Shown here one piece after another: positions 1 through 10,656 of a stretch of DNA of 64,000 nucleotides. The stretch lies in assembly GCF_055900595.2 (NCBI RefSeq), contig NZ_CM148325.1; one strand, given 5' to 3'. The translations under genes were made by a program, and so were the position numbers. How positions within the stretch are numbered: position 1 is the stretch's first letter; every line of letters begins with the position of its first letter. The notes under the pieces are model-generated. The model did not search any database. It was not told the origin of the DNA and was given only the letters and a program-made list of their open reading frames with translations.

Positions 1-83
1 TTACTACGATTGGTTTGGTTGGGTCTGGAAGGATTTGCTGTACTGCGTGAATAGCGTTTTGCTGATGTGCTGGAGATCGAATT

Positions 84-296
84 TCAAAGGTCAGTTTTTT
101 CATGACTTCCCTCTCTAACAGATTTCAGGTTATTCCACTCCGTTACCGCACTGCGATAATTCGCGGCCGCCACAGCAGCGTGGTTAGCGCAGTAGATTTG
201 GCACCCGTTCTCCATGTCGAATATTGTCGGTGATTTTCCGCATTTACATTTTTTGGCACGCGGTGCGTCTGAACACATTCCGTTAACGGTGTCCAT
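84..296 (-). CDS. Hypothetical Cys-rich small protein (nin-region position)
   Basis: 70-aa ORF downstream of replication genes, several Cys pairs; no family recognised. Confidence 0.4.
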   Translation of the reverse strand: MDTVNGMCSDAPRAKKCKCGKSPTIFDMENGCQIYCANHAAVAAANYRSAVTEWNNLKSVREGSHEKTDL

Positions 297-320
297 TAGG
301 ATCCCCCTAGTTCTTAATCC

Positions 321-350
321 AATAAAAAAGGGCTACTGTGTAAATAGCCC
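321..350 (-). terminator. Putative rho-independent terminator (tR2-like position)
   Basis: Hairpin GGGCTA...TAGCCC (330..350) followed on the minus strand by a T-run. Confidence 0.35.
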
Positions 351-381
351 CTGTTATTAGCCCAGTGATGTAGATGGTCAT

Positions 382-2262
382 TTAATACTCCGTCACGTTT
401 TCCTGTCGCCACGCCTCGTCATATTCCGATTTCGGCATATTGGCGATGTAGCTATATGGCGATCCTGATTCAAGTTGCAGGAACTGGTGCGATTGCTCGT
501 CAAGGAACAACGGGACACCACCTTCCCAACCTTCGCCGTTACGTTGTTTTTCAAGCATCAAAACAGATGCCGGAGATGCCAGTAGCTGTTCGTCCTTCTC
601 TGACATCTTTTCACCACTCTGAACTCTCTGTAACGCTCTCTCGCGAGCCTTGTTACGCCAGATGATGAAAAGGTTGTCTGTCAGGTCTGTTATCGCTCCA
701 GAGCCTTTTACGTCCATTTTCCCGGTTGGTTTTTCTTCGCTGTCTCCTTTTCGCGAGTGAGTAACGAGAATGACGTGGGAGTTTGTTTTGTTTTTGAAGT
801 CGCAAATCGAGTCAACAAACGCCTTCTGCCCGTTATAGTCATCGTCGCCTATGCCACATTTCATCAGGCTGTCGATGATGAATAACTGGATCCCGTATCG
901 GCGGCGAGCGTAGTCGAATATTTCGATCAGCCTGTCGGCTTTCGCCGTTCCGGTCAGGCCAAACACCCAGAGTCTTTCGTCATAAAATTTAAATGCAGAG
1001 TCAATTTCCAGCACTGGCGGCATCTTGCAGCACGTTGCCTGACGGGTAAGGCGCTTAAGGAGAATACCAGGCTTCAGCTCAAGTGACGCGATGCACGTCT
1101 TCACACCCTGACGCATTGCCTCAAGTGCCATATGCCCGACAACCTCCGTTTTTCCGTGACCGTTCACACCATTGACCAGCGTCAACTCGGCCTCACGGAA
1201 CTGGAATTTATCTGCCAGAGATTCCCACGGTGGATTAAACAGATACTGCTGCTTGCCGTAGAAAGCGTTGATAGTGTCCTGGTAAAACTCTCGCGCGCTG
1301 TAGAGTTCTTCAGGATCGAAGTAGGATGCCGTGCCAATGTACTGCCAGATTTCATCCTCGGTAACACCGTTCATCAGGCATTCGTTGATGTCTTTGTACG
1401 GCAGAGTAACAAGACGGCAACGATGTTCACCGAGTCGGCTTGCGATTTCCCTTGCGGCTTCACGACCAACATCATCAACGTCCATCGAGATGAATATTTC
1501 CTCAAACCTGTCGAGGTTGTGATACTCAAACTCAATCCACTGCTGCTTAGCGCCTTTCCCGCCACCAAACGGCACGGATAACGCCGAGATGCCGTATTGC
1601 GCATAGCTCATACAGTCAATTTCGCCTTCGCAAAGTACAACAGCCCTCACGCCAGCGTCCAGAGCCTGCCATCCGAACAGACAAGGTTCGCAATCACCTT
1701 CTGCCATAATGACTTTCTTCCCGTCCGGGCGCTCAGTGCTGATTCGCTTGACCTGCAACAACTCACCATCGCGTTTGTACGGAATCACCAGAGCATCCAG
1801 TTCCCGCTCTCCATTCCACACCTTGCCGCTGACAACCTCGTATCGCTTTACGATTTCTGGCGATATGCCACGCGATTGCAGGTACTCAAGATGGGATTCT
1901 GTTCTGGTAACGTAGCGGGCTATTTTCTTGCGATCAGGTCTGGAGAATTTCTTCTCACGTTTGGCATCGAAATGGTGATCGTCATCCTTGATACCGAGAA
2001 ATGCTTTCGCTTCCTGCATAGCCTGATGCAGGTTAATTCCACGACATGCCATCCACAAATCAAGCATGTCACCGCCGTCTCCCTCAGCGAAATCAGCCCA
2101 TTTTTTCTTGCCGCTAAGATTGACCTTAAGGCTGTTTCCCTTGTCACCGTTGACGTTACCGGCAACCCACTCATGCCCCTCTTTCTTGCCGTTTGGCAAC
2201 AGGTGCGGAGCCACCCTGTCAACCTGCGCCCAAAGCAGGTCGCTAAGTTCACTTGGCGTCAT
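382..2262 (-). CDS. Bifunctional DNA primase / replicative helicase (TOPRIM + DnaB-like ATPase)
   Basis: 626 aa; TOPRIM-like LCEGEIDCMS, Walker A GVNGHGKT, Walker B-like FIIDSL; sits where lambda P would be. Confidence 0.85.
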   Translation of the reverse strand: MTPSELSDLLWAQVDRVAPHLLPNGKKEGHEWVAGNVNGDKGNSLKVNLSGKKKWADFAEGDGGDMLDLWMACRGINLHQAMQEAKAFLGIKDDDHHFDAKREKKFSRPDRKKIARYVTRTESHLEYLQSRGISPEIVKRYEVVSGKVWNGERELDALVIPYKRDGELLQVKRISTERPDGKKVIMAEGDCEPCLFGWQALDAGVRAVVLCEGEIDCMSYAQYGISALSVPFGGGKGAKQQWIEFEYHNLDRFEEIFISMDVDDVGREAAREIASRLGEHRCRLVTLPYKDINECLMNGVTEDEIWQYIGTASYFDPEELYSAREFYQDTINAFYGKQQYLFNPPWESLADKFQFREAELTLVNGVNGHGKTEVVGHMALEAMRQGVKTCIASLELKPGILLKRLTRQATCCKMPPVLEIDSAFKFYDERLWVFGLTGTAKADRLIEIFDYARRRYGIQLFIIDSLMKCGIGDDDYNGQKAFVDSICDFKNKTNSHVILVTHSRKGDSEEKPTGKMDVKGSGAITDLTDNLFIIWRNKARERALQRVQSGEKMSEKDEQLLASPASVLMLEKQRNGEGWEGGVPLFLDEQSHQFLQLESGSPYSYIANMPKSEYDEAWRQENVTEY

Positions 2263-2366
2263 GATTCCCTCAGATTGAGATTTTTAAACCAGAAATCGAC
2301 AAATGAAATACTTAACCAGCCGTGGTTATAACCAGCGACCAGTAGCGATTTGATTTTTGATTTCAT
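2259..2366 (-). CDS. Possible 35-aa ORF coupled between initiator and primase-helicase
   Basis: ATG with AGGTGA SD; stop overlaps primase start (ATGA); below ORF-track cutoff. Confidence 0.25.
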   Translation of the reverse strand: MKSKIKSLLVAGYNHGWLSISFVDFWFKNLNLRES

Positions 2367-2369
2367 GGT

Positions 2370-3230
2370 TCACCTGTCGAAAAACACGTAGCCAGTTTTC
2401 GATACGGTGATTGCGGATGATGGTTTGGATTGTGGTTGAATGGTTTCTGGCTTTTCGTCGTTCCAGCGTTGACCGTTCAGGTAGCTCGATGGTAACAACC
2501 TGTCGAATCCGAACTGCTTACCATTCCTGCATGCGATGTCTTCTGCCAACATCGTGGCAAACTCGCTTGCCGTACCCCTGGTAGTTTTACGCCATTCCCT
2601 GAACTGTGTTCTGAATGCCGAAGCTGCGTTTTTCTTCCCGGCTTTCCGCATGCCTGCACACCAGAATATTTCCTCGAATGCCTTGTCGGTTTCTTCGTGA
2701 CGGTCAGGTGATTTTTCACACTCCGTCCGAACACTTTCGGACATAGTGTTTTTATTATTTCTTTTTTCTTTTGTAATAGTTTCTTTTGTGTGTCCCTGTT
2801 TTGGTGACAGCGCTGTCACCATTTTGGTGACACTTTTTGTCACCAATGCAGTGACATTATCACCAGAGTAGTGACACCCTTCGATTTGCCATTCCTCGAT
2901 GTTCTTGTTAGGCCCGATTTGCTGGCCTTCGCGAAGGATAACCTTCATCGCGATAAGCTCATTCTTGGCCTTGTTTACCTTCTGTCTTGGCAGCCTGGTA
3001 ATTTGAGCTAACTGACTATCAGAGATGCGATCCATCTTTTTACCGTAGCCGTATGTTTTACGGCATATGGCGTGGGCAACCTTGCTCTGATTTTTCGTTA
3101 AATCTGCGCCGATAAGCTCTTCATACAGGGCATTTGCAAGACGGGTATAACCATCTTCAACTTCTGCCACACGACGCTCCACAGGCCGTTGTGAAGGCCT
3201 TAAATGTGTTACGGTTGCAAGATTACTCAT
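2370..3230 (-). CDS. Replication initiator, lambda O-family N-terminal domain
   Basis: N-terminal region resembles lambda O (DGYxRL...ADLTK...KTYG...MDRIxDSQL...GPNKNI.EW); iterons lie inside the gene. Confidence 0.75.
   Translation of the reverse strand: MSNLATVTHLRPSQRPVERRVAEVEDGYTRLANALYEELIGADLTKNQSKVAHAICRKTYGYGKKMDRISDSQLAQITRLPRQKVNKAKNELIAMKVILREGQQIGPNKNIEEWQIEGCHYSGDNVTALVTKSVTKMVTALSPKQGHTKETITKEKRNNKNTMSESVRTECEKSPDRHEETDKAFEEIFWCAGMRKAGKKNAASAFRTQFREWRKTTRGTASEFATMLAEDIACRNGKQFGFDRLLPSSYLNGQRWNDEKPETIQPQSKPSSAITVSKTGYVFFDR
2801..2880. repeat. Origin iterons (GGTGACA/TGTCACC repeats) with adjacent AT-rich tract
   Basis: At least 6 direct/inverted GTGACA motifs within 80 bp, flanked by AT-rich 2745..2790, in the initiator linker as in lambda ori. 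Confidence 0.55.
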
Positions 3231-3369
3231 GACCTTTCTCCTTCTGCATCAGCTTCACTTTTTCCAACTCAGCCCGGAATCGACCAGGCTGCTTGAAGCT
3301 GGACAGGAAGCGATCACGTAGTATGTGTTTGTGAATTTTGTCCTGGTAAGGACTGAGTTGTTTTGTCAT
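3223..3369 (-). CDS. Hypothetical basic 48-aa protein between cII and the initiator
   Basis: [18 protein letters not shown]... with AGGAG SD 6 nt upstream; 3-prime end overlaps initiator start. Confidence 0.4.
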   Translation of the reverse strand: MTKQLSPYQDKIHKHILRDRFLSSFKQPGRFRAELEKVKLMQKEKGHE

Positions 3370-3403
3370 AATTACTCCTGTGGATTGATCCAGTCTTTCT
3401 ACA

Positions 3404-3682
3404 TCAGGCCTCGAAGAATTCGCCGTTCTTCGGGGCTTTTTCTTTTGTCAGCATTCTGGCTACTTTCTTAGCCAGTTCCGCCAACTCCTCGTCTTCAACA
3501 CCCCATTCAAGAACAGCCAGAAGCATTCCCATTTTTGGGATGAAGCTGTCTTTCCATCGTGAAATTTGCGATTCATTAATCCCTAACGCGTCGGCCACCT
3601 TTCGCTGACCACGTACAGCAATTCGATTTAGGATGTTGCTTGTAATTGCATTCGCTTTCTTGCGAGTACTTGTAAGTTGCAT
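3404..3682 (-). CDS. cII: CII-like transcriptional activator
   Basis: Matches lambda CII core (SQISRWK...[10 protein letters not shown]). Confidence 0.8.
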   Translation of the reverse strand: MQLTSTRKKANAITSNILNRIAVRGQRKVADALGINESQISRWKDSFIPKMGMLLAVLEWGVEDEELAELAKKVARMLTKEKAPKNGEFFEA

Positions 3683-3761
3683 ATGTAAGTATTTCCTTAG
3701 ATAACAATTGATTGAATGTATGCAAATAAATGCATACACCATAGGTGTGGTTTAATTTGAT

Positions 3762-3793
3762 GCCCTTTTTCAGGGCTGGGATGTGTAAGAGCG
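3762..3793 (-). promoter_or_regulatory. nutR (boxA + boxB)
   Basis: Minus strand reads boxA CGCTCTTACA then boxB GCCCTGAAAAAGGGC, between cro and cII. Confidence 0.65.
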
Positions 3794-3801
3794 GGAATGT
3801 C

Positions 3802-5154
<1,353 letters not shown>

Positions 5155-5179
5155 TCCCCACCTCAATCTCGATAACCAA

Positions 5180-5220
5180 AAACAAACTATTTTTCATTTA
5201 AAAACAATGGAGTTTGTTTT
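5180..5220 (+). terminator. Possible terminator of the immunity transcript
   Basis: Inverted repeat AAACAAACT...AGTTTGTTT followed by T-rich sequence; large loop, weak. Confidence 0.3.
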
Positions 5221-5240
5221 TCACGCCCCTTTTTACAATA

Positions 5241-5283
5241 TTTCTTGTTTACAACATACAATCTTTCTTGTAATTTTAAGCCA
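5241..5283 (+). promoter_or_regulatory. pL-like promoter with left operators
   Basis: TTTACA, 17 bp, TAATTT upstream of a lambda-pL-like transcript start; two TTTCTTGT operator repeats overlap. Confidence 0.5.
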
Positions 5284-5315
5284 TCAGCAGGACGCACTGA
5301 CCACCATGAAGGTGA

Positions 5316-5346
5316 GGCTCTTAAAAATTAAGCCCTGAAGAAGGGC
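5316..5346 (+). promoter_or_regulatory. nutL (boxA + boxB)
   Basis: GGCTCTTAA then GCCCTGAAGAAGGGC, as in lambda nutL. Confidence 0.8.
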
Positions 5347-5544
5347 AGCATTCAAAGCAGAAGGCTTTGGGATTGGATGAATGAGCAGGCTGATGCTCGA
5401 CCAATGTATAAACAGCGCTCATGGCAAGCAGTAACCAATCTGCGCCTCAAGACAGCGTCACTGGTAGTGCGGGCGCTCTAACCAGTAAGCCGGGGTTCAG
5501 CGCCGGCCATCCAATCACCAAAGCTAACTGACAGGAGAATCCAG

Positions 5545-5877
5545 ATGGATGCACAAACACGCCGCCGCGAACGTCGCGCAGAGAAACAGGCTCAATGGAA
5601 AGCAGCAAATCCCCTGTTGGTTGGGGTAAGCGCAAAACCAGTTAACCGCCCTATTCTCTCGCTGAATCGCAAACCGAAATCACGAGTAGAAAGCGCACTG
5701 AATCCGATAGACCTTACGGTGCTGGCTGAATACTACGAACAGATTGAAAGCAACCTGCAACGTATTGAGCGCAAGAATCAGCGCACATGGTACAGCAAGC
5801 CACGGAGTGAAATGGGTGTGACATGCTCAGGCCGCCAGAAGCAACGCGGAAAATCAATTCCGGCTTATTACGATTGA
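5545..5877 (+). CDS. N: Antiterminator N
   Basis: MDAQTRRRERRAEKQAQWKAANPLL..., Arg-rich motif, near-identical to lambda N over most of its length. Confidence 0.92.
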   Translation: MDAQTRRRERRAEKQAQWKAANPLLVGVSAKPVNRPILSLNRKPKSRVESALNPIDLTVLAEYYEQIESNLQRIERKNQRTWYSKPRSEMGVTCSGRQKQRGKSIPAYYD

Positions 5878-5885
5878 GGTGAGAT

Positions 5886-6137
5886 ATGGAATTTCATGAA
5901 AGTGCGATTTGTGATTTTCGCGCTAACGCAAATTCAGTAAAACCACAGCCAATTGCAGTTCTTTTTAAAACAATGGGAGCGTGGGCTGTTTTATGCTTCG
6001 CCTCTGACGACACTGATGCAAGAATGGCAATAGGCCAAGAGATGGAGATGGACCCGACAAACGATGAATTCATAATTTATGGCGCTCCATCTAATTACTT
6101 ACTTGATACCTGCAACATTTACAACAAGGCTGCCTGA
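5886..6137 (+). CDS. Hypothetical protein (83 aa)
   Basis: ORF with GAGGTGAG SD immediately after N. Confidence 0.5.
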   Translation: MEFHESAICDFRANANSVKPQPIAVLFKTMGAWAVLCFASDDTDARMAIGQEMEMDPTNDEFIIYGAPSNYLLDTCNIYNKAA

Positions 6138-6196
6138 TGGTGGCCTTTATTTTTTTGCCGTAAATAATTTCATGATTATTACAATCAAGGTGATAT

Positions 6197-6385
6197 ATGA
6201 AACGTAAATTTGAAATTTGGTTGGATTCCGGAGCAAACATTCACTCTTGCAAAAAGACAGTTGTAACACTCGATGATCTTGGCTTATCCGAGAATGAGTG
6301 GAATGAAATGGATCAGGACGAAAAAGACGAAAACATGCGTGATGTAGCATTTGAAACGCTTGATTGGGGATGGAAGGAAATTTAA
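6197..6385 (+). CDS. Hypothetical small acidic protein (62 aa)
   Basis: ORF with AGGTGA SD; Asp/Glu-rich C-terminal half; followed by a terminator hairpin. Confidence 0.55.
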   Translation: MKRKFEIWLDSGANIHSCKKTVVTLDDLGLSENEWNEMDQDEKDENMRDVAFETLDWGWKEI

Positions 6386-6390
6386 GTGAT

Positions 6391-6416
6391 GGCCGCATAG
6401 TCGGCCTTTATTTTTG
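6391..6416 (+). terminator. Rho-independent terminator
   Basis: GGCCG-CATA-GTCGGCC hairpin followed by T-run. Confidence 0.45.
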
Positions 6417-6624
6417 GCATAAACAACAGAATAAACACAGCACTGTGTATTCATTCCAACGAGTGAATACACGGAGCAATGTCGCTCGTAACTAAACAGG
6501 AGCCGACTTGTTCTGATTATTGGAAATCTTCTTTGCCCTCCGATGTGAGGGCTTTTTTATATGCATACCAATAACGCTTCACTCGAGGCGTTTTCGTTAT
6601 GCAATCAAACAGAAGGAGCATCCT

Positions 6625-6795
6625 ATGCAACAGTTCGCTATTGCAGGGGCGGCATCGGTTCGCCCTTTCAACCCGATTTTATCGGTACAGCATTCACGAA
6701 AAAATATTTTAACCGGAGCAGACTTTAAACAACCAAGAATGAAAAGTTTGCTCGAAAAGCTTTGGGATATTTTGAAACAACAAGGCCGTCCATGA
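6625..6795 (+). CDS. cIII: CIII-like protein (FtsH inhibitor family)
   Basis: MQQFAIAGA... and SLLEKLWDILKQ resemble lambda CIII; AAGGAG SD. Confidence 0.6.
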   Translation: MQQFAIAGAASVRPFNPILSVQHSRKNILTGADFKQPRMKSLLEKLWDILKQQGRP

Positions 6796-6950
6796 GTTTT
6801 ACGGATAACTGGTCAGACGAAGAATTCATTCGTCAGATGAAAGAATTAATCGGTAACGAAGGAGATATTCATGTCACTTGCAACCACAGTGAAGGAGAGC
6901 AAGTTACAGAGACGCATGTACACGCAGAAAGCTCTCTGGTATCGCCATAA
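6792..6950 (+). CDS. Hypothetical small protein (52 aa)
   Basis: ATG overlaps cIII-like stop (ATGA). Confidence 0.4.
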   Translation: MSFTDNWSDEEFIRQMKELIGNEGDIHVTCNHSEGEQVTETHVHAESSLVSP

Positions 6951-7049
6951 TGGCGACCGCGAAGGAATGCGGGTATGCCTTAATTTGTCCCGAGTCGAAG
7001 TATTAAATCAGCGTTATTTCCTTGGGCCATGTCCATTCTGAGGTGATTT

Positions 7050-7757
7050 ATGGATTTGAATAAATTCGATGAGCCATTCAGCCCTGAAGATATCGAATGG
7101 CGAATACAGCAAAGCGGTAAAACACGCGATGGCAAAGTGTGGGCTATGGTGCTGGCTTATGTCACGAACCGGGCAATCATGAAACGCCTGGACGATGTTT
7201 GCGGCAAAGCAGGATGGCGCAATGAATACCGCGATATTCCCAACAACGGCGGAGTTGAATGCGGCATATCAATCAAGATTGATTCCGAATGGGTAACCAA
7301 ATGGGATGCCGCTGAAAACACGCAGGTAGAAGCCGTCAAAGGTGGTCGTTCCGGTGCAATGAAGCGCGCTGCCGTTCAGTGGGGAATCGGTCGGTATCTG
7401 TATAACCTTGAGGAAGGTTTTGCACAAACATCTCTCGATAAAAAGCAGGGATGGCACAGGGCAAAACTCAAGGATGGAACAGGATTTTACTGGCTCCCTC
7501 CATCGCTGCCGGGATGGGCAATCCCAGCATCAGATAACAAACCATCACCAGAAAATACCAACCAGAAATCTCCATCGGTTGACTGCGAACAAATCCTGAA
7601 AGACTTCAGCGATTATGCGTCAACAGAAACTGACAAGAAAAAACTCATCGAGCGTTATCAGCGTGACTGGCAATTAATGGCTGGCAACGAGGAGGCGCAG
7701 GCTAAATGCGTTCAGGTAATGAACATCAGAGTTAACGAACTAAAACAGGCGGCATAA
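7050..7757 (+). CDS. Single-strand annealing protein (Rad52/Sak-like)
   Basis: Motif KGGRSGAMKRAAVQWGIGRYLY typical of Rad52-type annealases; sits where lambda bet would be. Confidence 0.7.
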   Translation: MDLNKFDEPFSPEDIEWRIQQSGKTRDGKVWAMVLAYVTNRAIMKRLDDVCGKAGWRNEYRDIPNNGGVECGISIKIDSEWVTKWDAAENTQVEAVKGGRSGAMKRAAVQWGIGRYLYNLEEGFAQTSLDKKQGWHRAKLKDGTGFYWLPPSLPGWAIPASDNKPSPENTNQKSPSVDCEQILKDFSDYASTETDKKKLIERYQRDWQLMAGNEEAQAKCVQVMNIRVNELKQAA

Positions 7758-8225
7758 ATGTCTCACTTGGACGGAATTATTAAAAGATTCGAGTCCAGCT
7801 ACAAAGTTAATGAAACAACAGGTTGCTGGGAGTCTACCTATTCAAAAAACAAAGGAGGATACACAAAATTTGTAGCCTTTGGCGTAACAATGCTTTCTCA
7901 TCGGGTTGCTTTTGAGCTTTATCACTCCCCCATTCCATCTGGGAAGATGGTTTGCCACAAATGCGATAACCCATGCTGCGTTAATCCTGAACATCTCTTT
8001 TTAGGTAGCGCGCAAGAAAACATGGACGACAAGATAGCAAAAGGAAGGCATCGTGGAGCCAAGAAAGGTCATGCTCATCATGGTGCAAAATTAACAGAGT
8101 GGCAGGTTATAGAAATTAGGAAAAGACTCTCTGAAAAAGAGAGTCAGTACAAGATAGCAAAAGACATGGGTGTATCTCAATCAATTATAAGCAACATAAA
8201 AACTGGCAAGAGGTGGAGCAAATGA
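7758..8225 (+). CDS. HNH endonuclease with C-terminal HTH
   Basis: HRVAFELYH...[23 protein letters not shown] motif. Confidence 0.8.
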   Translation: MSHLDGIIKRFESSYKVNETTGCWESTYSKNKGGYTKFVAFGVTMLSHRVAFELYHSPIPSGKMVCHKCDNPCCVNPEHLFLGSAQENMDDKIAKGRHRGAKKGHAHHGAKLTEWQVIEIRKRLSEKESQYKIAKDMGVSQSIISNIKTGKRWSK

Positions 8226-8728
8226 GTTCTCGCGGGATAAATAAGGTGATTATTCTTGGTCGGGTAGGACAAGACCCGGAAGTTCGATACTCACCATCAG
8301 GAACAGCGTTCGCTAACCTGACAATAGCCACGTCAGAACAATGGCGAGATAAAAATACTGGCGAGCAAAAGGAATTGACTGAATGGCATCGTGTTGCTGT
8401 ATCCGGGAAACTGGCTGAGGTCGTGGGGCAGTATGTGAAAAAAGGTGATCAGATTTATTTCGAGGGAATGCTGAGAACCAGAAAGTGGAAAGACCAGTCA
8501 GGGCAAGACCGTTACACAACCGAGGTTCATGTCGGAATTAATGGTGTGATGCAAATGCTTGGCGGCATTGGCGACAGCAAACAACAAGCATCCAGCAGGC
8601 AATCACAGAAGCCACAGCAGCAATCATCACCAGCACAACACAACGAACCTCCGATGGATTTTGACGACGATATACCCTTTGCACCAGTAACTCTCCCCTT
8701 CCCTCGTCACGCTATTCACGCAATTTAA
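8222..8728 (+). CDS. ssb: Single-stranded DNA-binding protein (phage SSB) with C-terminal extension
   Basis: OB-fold N-terminus, Gln/Pro-rich linker, DDDIPF motif followed by 15 extra residues. Confidence 0.9.
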   Translation: MSSRGINKVIILGRVGQDPEVRYSPSGTAFANLTIATSEQWRDKNTGEQKELTEWHRVAVSGKLAEVVGQYVKKGDQIYFEGMLRTRKWKDQSGQDRYTTEVHVGINGVMQMLGGIGDSKQQASSRQSQKPQQQSSPAQHNEPPMDFDDDIPFAPVTLPFPRHAIHAI

Positions 8729-8741
8729 TCAGGAGAAAATC

Positions 8742-9035
8742 ATGCCAGCGCCTCAGTATGGTGCGGATGACCCGCGCCGCTGTTCCGGCAATTCCGTATC
8801 GGAGGTGCTGGATAAATTCAGAAAAAACTACGACCTGATAATGTCGCTACCGCAGGAAACGAAAGAGGAAAAGGAATTTCGCCATTGTATATGGCTTGCA
8901 GAGAAAGAAGAACGCGAGCGAATTTACCAGACATCAATCCGACCATTCCGCAAAGCCACATATACCCACTTCCCTGAAATTGACCCGCGCCTGCGTAATT
9001 ACCGCTCACGCTATGGCGCTATCAGTAATGACTGA
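8742..9035 (+). CDS. Hypothetical protein
   Basis: 97-aa ORF with CAGGAG SD. Confidence 0.5.
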   Translation: MPAPQYGADDPRRCSGNSVSEVLDKFRKNYDLIMSLPQETKEEKEFRHCIWLAEKEERERIYQTSIRPFRKATYTHFPEIDPRLRNYRSRYGAISND

Positions 9036-9045
9036 GGAATTTACC

Positions 9046-9210
9046 ATGAGAGGACTTGCATACAATCCCGGCATTCTTCCGGCAGAAATGATTATTCGCC
9101 AACGCGTAAAGCCAATGCCATCGAGAGAGGAATTGCTTAAGAGAAATTCTTTTCCATCAGTGTATCAAAACAAATATCTGAATGCAATGTGGCGGAGTGG
9201 GAAGAAATGA
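9046..9210 (+). CDS. Hypothetical small protein
   Basis: Internal ATG with GAGGAA SD; start uncertain (alternative ATG at 9028). Confidence 0.35.
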   Translation: MRGLAYNPGILPAEMIIRQRVKPMPSREELLKRNSFPSVYQNKYLNAMWRSGKK

Positions 9211-9626
9211 AACAAATGTCACTAATTGAGATGGATGGATTTCTGAAAGGTAAATGCATCCCAAGTGATTTAAAGGTTAACGAAACAAACGCTGATTATC
9301 TGGTGCGTAAATTTGCTGAAGCGGAGGCCAAGTGCGCGGCGCTTGCGGCGGAGAATGAGCTGGCTCGTAAGGCAGTTCAGGCATTCTGCGATGTTGTTGG
9401 CGACAACACCGAGGTTATCGCTGAGGTGGTTGGGCGAGATGGCGTTCTGGTTATTTTGGAGGCCATGAAGGCAACAGGAAATATGCCAGCCACCGATGCT
9501 TTTCTGGCTGAAGTACGGGCGCAGGGTGTTGAATTGTTGCGCGAGCATCCTGCTATCCAGATTTGCTCTTTAACGCACGTATGCGACGAGTTCGCCGCCC
9601 AGCTTCGTCAGGGGGAAGCGGTATGA
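9207..9626 (+). CDS. Hypothetical protein
   Basis: ATGA overlap with upstream ORF; start uncertain. Confidence 0.5.
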   Translation: MKQMSLIEMDGFLKGKCIPSDLKVNETNADYLVRKFAEAEAKCAALAAENELARKAVQAFCDVVGDNTEVIAEVVGRDGVLVILEAMKATGNMPATDAFLAEVRAQGVELLREHPAIQICSLTHVCDEFAAQLRQGEAV

Positions 9627-9940
9627 GCATAGTTGATGATTCACATCTTACAGACGAAGTGGTTAACGCCGCTTTCGAAGGTACCAATTTCGGGCGCACT
9701 GATTTCCGCACCATTCTGGCAGAAACAGTTATGAAGCGTGCTGCTGGCTATCACTCTGGCTACACGGCAACGACTATCTGTATTCGCCTGGGATTGCTTG
9801 GCAAACACGATCGCCCGACAAAACTCGGCCTGACCTTCGCTTTCCATCACTACTACAGGCCATGCGTTCGCGAAGCGCTGATTTCGCATAACAGCCTTGA
9901 AGTATGGGCAAAACTTGGAGCACAGGAGTCCGCCAAATGA
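9623..9940 (+). CDS. Hypothetical protein
   Basis: ATGA overlap with upstream ORF. Confidence 0.5.
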   Translation: MSIVDDSHLTDEVVNAAFEGTNFGRTDFRTILAETVMKRAAGYHSGYTATTICIRLGLLGKHDRPTKLGLTFAFHHYYRPCVREALISHNSLEVWAKLGAQESAK

Positions 9941-10224
9941 GCAACATCAACAAACAGGCGCTGATTGCAAAAATCAAAAAGCAGGCCGAAAGCTTCGACA
10001 CAGTGGTGTTGAGAGAGGATGAAGCTAACGCGCTGCTGGATGAGCTGGAAGCAGCAGAGAAGCGGATTGCTGAACTGGAAGCGCGGGAAATACTGCTCCC
10101 GGAACGTAGCAGCATGCTTCATCGAACAGATTTTCACGATGATTACCAAACGGTAATGGCATACAAAGTTTCTGAAGTCATCGATGCAATCCGCGCCGCT
10201 GGCATTCGTATCAAAGGAGAGTGA
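9937..10224 (+). CDS. Hypothetical coiled-coil protein
   Basis: ATGA overlap; heptad-like LDELEAAEKRIAELEARE. Confidence 0.5.
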   Translation: MSNINKQALIAKIKKQAESFDTVVLREDEANALLDELEAAEKRIAELEAREILLPERSSMLHRTDFHDDYQTVMAYKVSEVIDAIRAAGIRIKGE

Positions 10225-10225
10225 T

Positions 10226-10447
10226 ATGGCTAACTCATTACTTGAAACCTGCAACAACTGGCAGATTCAGAGGGCGGAGATTTTATCTCGCAATCCAGAT
10301 ATGGCAATGACAATTGATAATCTGGACACGCTAATTGAACGGACCGTGCGTTCTGCAATTGATATAGCACATCGAGTGGATTGGGATTTCAGAGAAGCGG
10401 AGCGACTTGCTAAAGAGCAGGCGAAAGCAGCGGGTAAAGGAGAGTGA
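10226..10447 (+). CDS. Hypothetical protein
   Basis: ATG after conserved AAAGGAGAGTGAT junction. Confidence 0.45.
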   Translation: MANSLLETCNNWQIQRAEILSRNPDMAMTIDNLDTLIERTVRSAIDIAHRVDWDFREAERLAKEQAKAAGKGE

Positions 10448-10448
10448 T

Positions 10449-10646
10449 ATGGATAAAAACACCACTGCTTACTGGAGTCTTTCACTTGATACCGAATGTC
10501 CCAAATGCGGCCACAATTTCGATCTGCTTTGCGATGCTGATTTCTGGGAATTTTCTGGAGCAAAACAGGCATGTGAAGAAATAAAAGGTTACGAAACATG
10601 CTGCCCAGAATGTAACCATGAATTTAAAACAGATTTTGTGTATTGA
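10449..10646 (+). CDS. Hypothetical zinc-ribbon protein
   Basis: CPKCG...CCPECN; same AAAGGAGAGTGAT junction upstream. Confidence 0.5.
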   Translation: MDKNTTAYWSLSLDTECPKCGHNFDLLCDADFWEFSGAKQACEEIKGYETCCPECNHEFKTDFVY

Positions 10647-10656
10647 GGCATAACGA

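Noticed and set aside
6147-6398. 83-aa minus-strand ORF
   Set aside because: Overlaps the plus-strand 62-aa ORF, which has a good SD and a downstream terminator and matches the direction of the pL operon.
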